64,000 bases of DNA. It comes from an uncultured Candidatus Saccharibacteria bacterium. Lineage in GTDB: Bacteria > Patescibacteriota > Saccharimonadia > Saccharimonadales > UBA10212. The notes beneath the pieces were generated by a model. That model worked only from the letters and a program-made list of their open reading frames with translations, did no database searches and was not told where the DNA came from. Where the stretch lies: the NCBI GenBank assembly GCA_964400155.1, contig CAYNSQ010000002.1, positions 6,797 through 70,796 on the forward strand, read 5' to 3'. The translations under genes were made by a program, and so were the position numbers. The stretch's first letter is position 1. The number at the start of each line of letters is the position of its first letter. Shown here in pieces: positions 25,902 through 33,230 of this stretch.

Positions 25902-28258
25902 AATTCAATCCTTCTAGCCCCAGAAGTCGTAAAGCCAGAGCCGCTGCCCATATTAGCGATAAATTGTGGCAATTAATTTTACTAGTAATAACTGCTTTTG
26001 GACTTGGGTCCGCGATTCTAATGATAAATACATCGATTCGAAATTATGGCTATATCTGGATGGGTCTTGCTGTTCAGGCAGGCGTTATTGCTCTTTGGTA
26101 TCGGCGAGATCTTTGCCAACTTTCGCCAAAAGAGAACTCTGATAATTTAGACGACTTTTTAGAAAGCAAGTTATTAGCTAAATTATCCAAACTAAAGACC
26201 ATCACTCCAAAGTCAGCCTGGCAAACCGCTACTGCAACTTGGCAAGGCAGGTTTATAGAAAATCACCTACTGCTTTCTGACAACAGTATCCTTGAGCTGT
26301 TAAGCGGTAACGAAGCAGATATGTCAGCTGTTTGGCAAAAAGCAGCAGAGTTAAAAATACAAAATTCGTCGGTTGAACTGAATGGAGCGGCCTTGGTTGG
26401 AGCACTTTTAGTAACAATCCCCAACGCTAAAAAAGTTCTTGCCGGCTATAATTTGACAACTGATGAGGTTGTAAATGCTGTATCTTGGTGTGAACGATTA
26501 GTTAAATTTTCTAGTGAACCACGTCCACGTTTTGGCGGAATTGGCCGTGATTGGGCGGCAGGTTTTACGCCGACCCTTGATCGCTTTGGTACGAATATTA
26601 GTAGAGAAATCGAAGTCGGTAGAGGTCATTTTCACACATTAGCTCATAGCGACGTTCTAGATAGTGTTATTCATAGTTTGAGCGAAGCCAGCGGTACTGT
26701 GGCGATAGTTGGTGAGGCAGGTTCTGGAAAAACCGGACTTGCATATGCGCTTGCTCAGAGACTACTAAGTGGTAAAGATAGCTCACTTCGATATTACCAA
26801 ATGGTAAGTCTGGATGCTTCGGCAATAATGGCTGTTTCTAAAGATGAGTTAGAAAAAGTAATTTTACAGTTATTTGCAGAAGCAGTTCATGCTGGAAATA
26901 TAATTTTGTTTATGGATGAAGGACAGCTATTTTTCAAGAGTGGTACGGGTAGTTTTGATATTAGCAAAATTCTATTGCCTGTTATACAAAATAAATCAGT
27001 TAAAATAATTGCTGCTTTTACACCGCATGACTTCCAACAAATTAAAAATTCAAACGAATCATTAGTTGCTCAGTTAGGTTTAATTAATATCTCAGAACCA
27101 GACAAAGATTTAACGATGCGAATACTTGAGGACACAGCACTAACCCTAGAGGCAAAGAATTCGATTCTTATAAGTTACTCTGCTTTGAAAGAAGCATATA
27201 AACTTAGTGGACAGTATAACCAGGAGATAGCTTACCCGGGGCGGGCAATTGCCCTTCTGGAGCAGTCGCTACCTTATGTGACTAATAAATTACTTGATGA
27301 TAAGTCAGTCCAATCAGCCATTGAAAAAACAAAAGGTGTGAAAGTAAGTAAAGCGGGGGCTGCAGAAACTGATGTGCTTTTGCACCTCGAAGATAAAATT
27401 CACGAAAGAATGATAAACCAAGTCGAAGCAGTTAACGTTATAGCATCTGCGCTTCGCCGAGGGAGAGCAGGGGTTGCCAACCCCAAAAGACCCACCGGAA
27501 GTTTTCTCTTTCTGGGGCCAACCGGTGTTGGAAAAACAGAGTTAGCAAAATCACTGGCAGCTACTTATTTTGGTGATGAACAACAGATGATTAGATTAGA
27601 TATGAGTGAATTTCAACAGGCAAGCGATGTAGAAAGACTGCTTGATGCCGGCAATGACACAACTAAAAGTCTAATTCTTTCTATACGAGAGCAACCGTTT
27701 TCTGTGGTACTGCTTGATGAAGTTGAGAAGGCTCATCCTAACATTTTGAATCTTCTATTGCAGCTACTTGACGAAGGTCAGTTGAGTGATTCTTCAGGCA
27801 AACCAACATCATTTAAAAACGCCATCATCATATGTACTTCCAACGCCGGTGCGACCGATATTATTGCAAGAATAAACGCCGGTGAGAGTCTGGAAGAATT
27901 TGAACGACCACTTGTTGATAAGTTAATCAGTATTGGACAATTTAGACCAGAACTTATCAATCGGTTTGATGAAGTTGTTTTGTTTAGACCACTCAACCAA
28001 CAAGAATTGTTCCAAGTAGCTCAGTTGATGATTGCCAGTGTCAACAAGACGCTAATTGATCAAAATATTACAGTAAAATTAACAGATGCTGCTCTTACTC
28101 AAATAGTTCAGCAAGGTTATGATCCAGAATTTGGCGCCCGACCGATGCGCCGAGTTGTACAAAAAACGGTTGAGAACGCTGTGGCTAACAAAATTTTGGG
28201 CGGACAAGCTGAGGCCGGAACAGAAATTACTTTAGATGTAGCTGATTTATCAAAATAA
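25898..28258 (+). CDS. membrane-anchored double-AAA+ ATPase of the Clp/Hsp100 family
   Basis: The ATG at 25898 is preferred. Two N-terminal TMs (LWQLILLVITAFGLGSAILMI; YIWMGLAVQAGVIALWY). D1 has Walker A GEAGSGKTG and Walker B ILFMDEG. D2 has GPTGVGKTELAK, VVLLDEVEKAHP and FRPELINRFD. I see no long coiled-coil M-domain and no obvious IGF/IGL ClpP-docking loop. Confidence 0.8.
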   Translation: MKFNPSSPRSRKARAAAHISDKLWQLILLVITAFGLGSAILMINTSIRNYGYIWMGLAVQAGVIALWYRRDLCQLSPKENSDNLDDFLESKLLAKLSKLKTITPKSAWQTATATWQGRFIENHLLLSDNSILELLSGNEADMSAVWQKAAELKIQNSSVELNGAALVGALLVTIPNAKKVLAGYNLTTDEVVNAVSWCERLVKFSSEPRPRFGGIGRDWAAGFTPTLDRFGTNISREIEVGRGHFHTLAHSDVLDSVIHSLSEASGTVAIVGEAGSGKTGLAYALAQRLLSGKDSSLRYYQMVSLDASAIMAVSKDELEKVILQLFAEAVHAGNIILFMDEGQLFFKSGTGSFDISKILLPVIQNKSVKIIAAFTPHDFQQIKNSNESLVAQLGLINISEPDKDLTMRILEDTALTLEAKNSILISYSALKEAYKLSGQYNQEIAYPGRAIALLEQSLPYVTNKLLDDKSVQSAIEKTKGVKVSKAGAAETDVLLHLEDKIHERMINQVEAVNVIASALRRGRAGVANPKRPTGSFLFLGPTGVGKTELAKSLAATYFGDEQQMIRLDMSEFQQASDVERLLDAGNDTTKSLILSIREQPFSVVLLDEVEKAHPNILNLLLQLLDEGQLSDSSGKPTSFKNAIIICTSNAGATDIIARINAGESLEEFERPLVDKLISIGQFRPELINRFDEVVLFRPLNQQELFQVAQLMIASVNKTLIDQNITVKLTDAALTQIVQQGYDPEFGARPMRRVVQKTVENAVANKILGGQAEAGTEITLDVADLSK

Positions 28259-28301
28259 ATGTGCTTCCAAAGTATAATAAAGACTTAGGAGGTGATGAAT
28301 A

Positions 28302-28643
28302 ATGGATGACAAGAATAGTATTATTGTTGTGACCACTAACGATATTCCAGGTCATAAGGTTGTTGAAGTTTATGGTGAAGTGTTTGGGCTAATAGTTAGG
28401 TCGCGTAACCTATTTTCAAATATTGGTGCAAGTTTTAGAACAATCTTTGGTGGCGAAGTAAAAGGCTATACCACGATGCTGAGCGATAGTCGCGAACACG
28501 CACTTGCTCGACTACGAGAAGAAGCAACAAGCAAGGGAGCAAATGCCGTGTTGGCAATGCGCTTTGATAGTGGCGACATTGGTGGAATTATGAATGAAGT
28601 TGCAGCTTATGGTACAGCTGTAAAAGTGGTGAAGATCGACTAA
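28302..28643 (+). CDS. YbjQ/UPF0145 family protein
   Basis: 113 aa. VTTNDIPGHKVVEVYGEVFGLIVRSRN...GGEVKGYTTML...EHALARLREEA...GANAVLAMRFD is typical of the family. Confidence 0.8.
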   Translation: MDDKNSIIVVTTNDIPGHKVVEVYGEVFGLIVRSRNLFSNIGASFRTIFGGEVKGYTTMLSDSREHALARLREEATSKGANAVLAMRFDSGDIGGIMNEVAAYGTAVKVVKID

Positions 28644-29965
28644 TGTCAGAACAAAACCAACCACCGACCCTTCTTGCCGTAATTGGTATTACCGGCGACT
28701 TATCGCACAGATATCTTCTACCTGCTTTGGCTGAATTGCAGAAAACAGATAATTTACCAGAAAATTTTCAACTCTTGGGACTTTCTCGTCGCAATGTTAG
28801 TTTGGATGAGGTTTTGATAACTGATGAATTAAAATCCTCCGGTTTAACTGAAATCTTACAAGTTCATAAAATAGATTTTGAGAATCCTAATGATTACCCA
28901 CGCCTTAGAGAAATTATAAAAAATAATGGAGCAGAACATGTTTTGTTTTACTTTGCTGTTCCGCCCGATGCTGTTGAAGGAATAGTTAAAAACTTAGGCA
29001 AAGCTGGTTTAAACACACCAAACATTAAACTTTTACTTGAGAAACCATTTGGTAGAGATTTACGATCAGCAAAAGATGTTATCTTAAATATTCAAGAATT
29101 TTTCAGAGAAGAGCAAGTCTATAGAATTGATCATTACATAGCAAAGGAAATGGCACAAAACATATCGGTATTTTTGGGTGGCAATGCACTTTTTAGAAGA
29201 TCTTGGAATAAGGATTTTATAGAAAAAATAGAAATAATAGTATCACAGGATGCAGGCATTGAGGGTAGGGCAAAGTTCTATGAACAAACAGGGGCACTAC
29301 GCGACATTGTGCAGAGTCACGCCTTGCAATTGGTTGCAATGACTATTGCAAAACCATGTAGTTCTGTCTTTGAGTTTGCTCAACTACCAGAAAGAAGACT
29401 AGAGGCACTGCGTTCTCTGCGCCTGGCACATAATGAAAAAGGTGAGTTTGATGCACAAAGAGCACAGTATGATGATTATAGAAAAGAGGTTAACAACCCT
29501 AAATCAAATACCGAGACATTCGTGAGAGTAGGACTTTATTCCGAGCTTGAGCAATGGGAAGGTGTTCCTATAAGAATAGTCACTGGAAAAGCACTCAATC
29601 AACGTAAGACTGAAGTAGTAGTACAGTTTAGAAAAACTGAAGAATCTGAGGCAAATCGATTGGTTCTTCACATCCAACCCAATGAAGGAATAGAAATAGA
29701 CCTTTGGGTGAAGGAACCAGGCTACGACCGAAAATTGAAAAAAGTGGCGCTCGGTTTTGATTATGAAGGAAATTTTGACCGCATCCCAAACGCTTATGAA
29801 CAAGTTTTGGTTGAGGCCTTGCGTTCTTCAAAACACCTTTTTCCATCCAGTGAAGAAGTTCTAGCAAGCTGGGAACTACTTGAACCACTACAACATCAAT
29901 GGCTAAATACTGATTTGAACACAACCTATCCGTTTGGATCTGAACCCAGTAACATTGGTGTTTAA
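28643..29965 (+). CDS. zwf: glucose-6-phosphate 1-dehydrogenase
   Basis: GITGDLSHRYLLPAL, EKPFGRDL, active-site-like RIDHYIAKE, and LRDIVQSH. Confidence 0.9.
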   Translation: MSEQNQPPTLLAVIGITGDLSHRYLLPALAELQKTDNLPENFQLLGLSRRNVSLDEVLITDELKSSGLTEILQVHKIDFENPNDYPRLREIIKNNGAEHVLFYFAVPPDAVEGIVKNLGKAGLNTPNIKLLLEKPFGRDLRSAKDVILNIQEFFREEQVYRIDHYIAKEMAQNISVFLGGNALFRRSWNKDFIEKIEIIVSQDAGIEGRAKFYEQTGALRDIVQSHALQLVAMTIAKPCSSVFEFAQLPERRLEALRSLRLAHNEKGEFDAQRAQYDDYRKEVNNPKSNTETFVRVGLYSELEQWEGVPIRIVTGKALNQRKTEVVVQFRKTEESEANRLVLHIQPNEGIEIDLWVKEPGYDRKLKKVALGFDYEGNFDRIPNAYEQVLVEALRSSKHLFPSSEEVLASWELLEPLQHQWLNTDLNTTYPFGSEPSNIGV

Positions 29966-29978
29966 AAGTTTAAAAAGC

Positions 29979-30007
29979 TTGACTTATACTTGGTAAAGTA
30001 GTATAAT
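29979..30007 (+). promoter_or_regulatory. consensus sigma70-like promoter TTGACT-17 nt-TATAAT
   Basis: TTGACT at 29979-29984 and TATAAT at 30002-30007, directly upstream of the G+C-richer cassette. Confidence 0.6.
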
Positions 30008-30117
30008 ATTATCTGAACAGTGTTGGATGGGGGGAACTCTCCGTTACTGTTTGTACGACCTTTCTGGGGGTGGGGTGGGACCGACATTTCGTCCACACCA
30101 ACAGAGAGGAGAGATGA

Positions 30118-30582
30118 ATGACAGCCGTCAGACATCTCGTTTTGGCCGCTGTGATGGCGGTTGCATTACATCTTGGCGGATACACTGATACTGCTCAGGC
30201 CGCCAAGGATCGAAAAACCTGCAGTGTCTTCAAAGCAGTTAATGAAGACAAGTCGGCAGTGTTCAAGACTACACTTGTTCGACTACAAATGCAGGTGTCG
30301 TGGTGCCGAGACGGAAAGGTAGTCTCGGTCGGTGTAACGTGTAAGGTCGAGAAATTCGACCGAATCACTATCACCATCGACAGCTGTCAGGCACAAGGTA
30401 ACTTCGTACCCTGGCAGGGAAACCCGAAGGGTGCGTATTATGCCCAAGCAACAATCAACTACTCGAACTGTGTACTAAAGTTCGGGTGTTGGGCGAGCGC
30501 ACAAATGGATATCGTTCGGTGGCTGTATGCCGACGGTTCCATCTTGAAATCACCTCGAGAGGAGGTGCAGAGCGGTGTCTAA
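30118..30582 (+). CDS. secreted Cys-rich hypothetical protein, compositionally atypical
   Basis: SD GAGAGGAGAG precedes the ATG. Signal peptide MTAVRHLVLAAVMAVALHLGGYTDTAQA, then six Cys in the mature part. Codons favour C/G-ending (TTC, GAC, ATC, AAC, AAG), unlike neighbouring genes. Confidence 0.65.
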   Translation: MTAVRHLVLAAVMAVALHLGGYTDTAQAAKDRKTCSVFKAVNEDKSAVFKTTLVRLQMQVSWCRDGKVVSVGVTCKVEKFDRITITIDSCQAQGNFVPWQGNPKGAYYAQATINYSNCVLKFGCWASAQMDIVRWLYADGSILKSPREEVQSGV

Positions 30583-30676
30583 CGTCAAGGCGTTCTTCAT
30601 CGGTCTTGGCTTGATCGTGCTTATCGGCTTCGTGCTGAACATGATCGCAGCCATGCTGCAGTCTCTCGGGCTGTAA
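30575..30676 (+). CDS. 33-aa hydrophobic peptide, translationally coupled (not in the ORF track)
   Basis: The GTG at 30575 overlaps the upstream stop by 8 nt, and GGAGG lies at 30561-30565. Translation by hand gives (M)SNVKAFFIGLGLIVLIGFVLNMIAAMLQSLGL, a single TM helix. It has the same atypical composition as the upstream gene. Confidence 0.45.
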   Translation: MSNVKAFFIGLGLIVLIGFVLNMIAAMLQSLGL

Positions 30677-30688
30677 ACAGACAAACCC

Positions 30689-30712
30689 AGGGGCCCCGGA
30701 GACGGGGCCCCT
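30689..30712 (+). terminator. GC-rich perfect hairpin (10-bp stem) closing the cassette
   Basis: AGGGGCCCCG-GAGA-CGGGGCCCCT. The downstream T-tract is weak (TGAACTTT). Confidence 0.6.
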
Positions 30713-30735
30713 TGAACTTTGCTAGAATAGTTCTA

Positions 30736-31755
30736 ATGCCTAAAACAAAACATTTTGGTGTCAAACATTATAATTTTGCCATTACCGCTTCTGTTGCAAT
30801 AATTATCGGAACTGTTTTCTTTAGTGGTTTTGCTTCACTAATCCCGCTTATCGCCTTAGCACTTATAGAAATTGTCTTTAGTTTTGAAAATGCTGTTATC
30901 AATTCTCAAGTATTATCTACAATGCACCGCATTTGGAGGATTATATTTTTAACGGTTGGTATATTTGTTGCCGTATTTTTAGTGAGGGCATTGTTACCTT
31001 TGGTGTTAGTCGCTAACACCACTGATAATACAATTGCTGAAGTTTTTGATTTAGCTCTGCACCATCCCCAAGAGTACGCCCATCAACTTGAATCAGCTTA
31101 CCCGGTTATAGCGGCTTTTGGTGGAGTATTTTTATTGATGGTTGGTCTGCGGTTTTTTGGCGAGAAACGTAAAGTTAGGTGGCTTGATGGACTGGAAGCA
31201 CCACTAGGAGAATTTAATCAACCTTGGCGGGTATCAATTTTTGGTGCAATTGTTGCTGTAACAATCATATATACTTTTTTGGCACCGGGAGACAGCAAAG
31301 TAGCCATGGCTGGGGTTTTAGGAGCTATAACTTTTCTAATCATAAAACTTATAAGCAAACTACTTATTGGTCATGAAACTAAAAGAACTCATGGTAGTCA
31401 TTCCCACGGTTTTACCCAGTTAATCTATCTGGAACTTTTAGATGCAAGTTTTAGTTTTGACAGCGTTATTGCCGCCTTTGCAATAACAAAGAGTATTTTA
31501 CTTATAACTGCTGGGCTGGCTATTGGAGCTATATTCGTTAGGTCTATGACTTTGCATCTTTTAGATAATGGAACATTGCGACATTATCGTTACTTGGTAC
31601 ATGGGGCACACTACGCAATACTAGTACTTTCAGCAATGCTACTAGCTGGAATTCGTTTTCAAATTCCTGAATTTATAGCAGGAGTTGTTGGAATATTAAT
31701 CATAGTTTTATCACTGCATAGTTCTCGTCGATACAATGTTTTGTACGGCATTTGA
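30736..31755 (+). CDS. DUF475/TerC-like integral membrane protein
   Basis: Multi-pass membrane protein. YLELLDASFSFDSVIAAFAIT resembles the conserved DUF475 segment as I recall it. TAGAAT at 30723-30728 lies 7 nt before the ATG. Confidence 0.55.
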   Translation: MPKTKHFGVKHYNFAITASVAIIIGTVFFSGFASLIPLIALALIEIVFSFENAVINSQVLSTMHRIWRIIFLTVGIFVAVFLVRALLPLVLVANTTDNTIAEVFDLALHHPQEYAHQLESAYPVIAAFGGVFLLMVGLRFFGEKRKVRWLDGLEAPLGEFNQPWRVSIFGAIVAVTIIYTFLAPGDSKVAMAGVLGAITFLIIKLISKLLIGHETKRTHGSHSHGFTQLIYLELLDASFSFDSVIAAFAITKSILLITAGLAIGAIFVRSMTLHLLDNGTLRHYRYLVHGAHYAILVLSAMLLAGIRFQIPEFIAGVVGILIIVLSLHSSRRYNVLYGI

Positions 31756-31859
31756 ATGTAAATACATTGCAAATCCAACAACCTTTTGTCTAAAGGGTTG
31801 AATAGTTGAGTTGTCCACAGACAAAAAACTCTAGCAATTTATAAAATAAACTTAAGCAA

Positions 31860-31888
31860 TTGCCAAATTAATATGGACGGACTATAGT
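31860..31888 (+). promoter_or_regulatory. candidate promoter TTGCCA-17 nt-TATAGT
   Basis: TTGCCA at 31860-31865 and TATAGT at 31883-31888, in a 252-nt intergenic region. Confidence 0.4.
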
Positions 31889-31894
31889 TTTAGA

Positions 31895-31983
31895 CAGTTC
31901 ATCGTGAGGTGAATTAGCAAAGAAGCCCTTCGGGGCATCAATGCGAGCAAAGAAGAGCTCATTTTCGGATGAGTTCTTTTTTG
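31895..31983 (+). ncRNA. candidate ~90-nt sRNA (two AGCAAAGAAG-hairpin modules)
   Basis: AGCAAAGAAG plus GCCC-TTCG-GGGC (31916-31936), then AGCAAAGAAG plus a 10-12-bp terminator stem with a T-run. It may alternatively be the 3'UTR of the upstream gene. Confidence 0.3.
31951..31983. terminator. intrinsic terminator (possibly bidirectional, between convergent genes)
   Basis: AGAAGAGCTCAT-TTTCGG-ATGAGTTCTT followed by TTTTTG. The reverse strand is followed by the T-rich CTTCTTTGCT. Confidence 0.65.
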
Positions 31984-32007
31984 TTGATTATGCATCGTGG
32001 ATCTTTC

Positions 32008-32748
32008 CTAGATCATCAACTTGGAATCAAGTTGGTATATTGGGTCATACCATGACTGGTTGAGTATAAATGTCTGAGTGTCTTTATCTAGACCAGTGAT
32101 TACCAGAAGTCCAACAGCAATAAAGACCAGGCCGATAATTTTGCTAAATGTGCCGCCGGGTTTGTTGGCCCAACCTAGTCTGGACGTTATTCGCACCCCA
32201 AACGCAGCAATCAAAAGTAGCATCAGCGCAAGTCCAGCGGCATAAGCTATTAGGTAAATAAATCCTTCCAAGAAGGACTTAGGTAGAATAGCGGCTATTA
32301 TCAATGCATAAGTCGGACTACAACTGTTAAAAATTGGCCCGAGTGATGCACCAAGCAGGAAATCACCGGCCGTACCTTTCTTGAATATAAACTTAGAATT
32401 TAGACGGTTGGATCTTTCTTGCAAGCCTAGATGTAAATTCACTGATTCCCATAGGCTAGGTTTTAACATAATCACCCCGAAACCGATTACGATCAAACCA
32501 GAAATTATTTGCCAAACCGATGGAGGAATACCCAGGAGAGCAGTTGTTGCTTTTAGGAGTAAACTAAAGACAATCACCGATATAGCAAGTCCCAAGGCTA
32601 TAGTCAGTGGTCTCCTCCAGGAGAAATGTTTTTTATTTGAATCACCTCTTGTGAGAGTGCCGCCGACAATTACTGGTAAAAGGGGTAAAATACATGGTGC
32701 CAGCACAGTTAGCATTCCAGCTAGAAAACTAGCAAAAACAAGAGGCAT
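32008..32748 (-). CDS. ccdA: cytochrome c biogenesis/thiol-disulfide electron transporter CcdA (DsbD family)
   Basis: LAPCILPLLPV motif in TM1, a second conserved Cys in FNSCSPTY, and about six TMs. Confidence 0.85.
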   Translation of the reverse strand: MPLVFASFLAGMLTVLAPCILPLLPVIVGGTLTRGDSNKKHFSWRRPLTIALGLAISVIVFSLLLKATTALLGIPPSVWQIISGLIVIGFGVIMLKPSLWESVNLHLGLQERSNRLNSKFIFKKGTAGDFLLGASLGPIFNSCSPTYALIIAAILPKSFLEGFIYLIAYAAGLALMLLLIAAFGVRITSRLGWANKPGGTFSKIIGLVFIAVGLLVITGLDKDTQTFILNQSWYDPIYQLDSKLMI

Positions 32749-32750
32749 CG

Positions 32751-33230
32751 CTAGTCCAGAAGATTAGACTTTAGCGCTTCAAGAGTTGGGCTACTGTAGG
32801 CAATATATTTCTCTACGAGCTCACCGTTATCGTCAATTTTTACCAGAGTAGTTTGCAACGTAACACCGTATTGTTGTTTTAATTTGGTTGAGGTATCGTA
32901 ATCAACTTTGAATATGTTTACACCCGCTGGAATGGAACCAGAGATGATACTTTCTTCTAGGGCTCTACATTGAGGACACCATGGTGCATGGAAAAAAAGA
33001 ATTTTTTCTCCTGTTGTAGATGCGAGCGCAACTTCGGAATAATCTAGATATTGCCCGTTTGATGTGGGACTAGGGCTGGAAGGGATGTCTGCAGTGTTTT
33101 CAGAACTGGATTCTTCGACGTTAGAACTTACAGAGCTTGTGGTTTTGTCTTTCTGGCTGTACGCTAGAATTCCTACAAAGGCAGCTGCTACTACAGTAGC
33201 CACTAGAATGAACTGTTTTTGCCTTTGCAT
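32751..33230 (-). CDS. membrane-anchored thioredoxin-like protein
   Basis: N-terminal TM and the active site FFHAPWCPQC. Confidence 0.8.
   Translation of the reverse strand: MQRQKQFILVATVVAAAFVGILAYSQKDKTTSSVSSNVEESSSENTADIPSSPSPTSNGQYLDYSEVALASTTGEKILFFHAPWCPQCRALEESIISGSIPAGVNIFKVDYDTSTKLKQQYGVTLQTTLVKIDDNGELVEKYIAYSSPTLEALKSNLLD

Noticed and set aside
31809-31819. TTGTCCACA, an 8/9 match to the DnaA box TTATCCACA, as a possible origin signal.
   Set aside because: It is a single isolated box with no cluster, no adjacent AT-rich DUE pattern and no dnaA or dnaN nearby.
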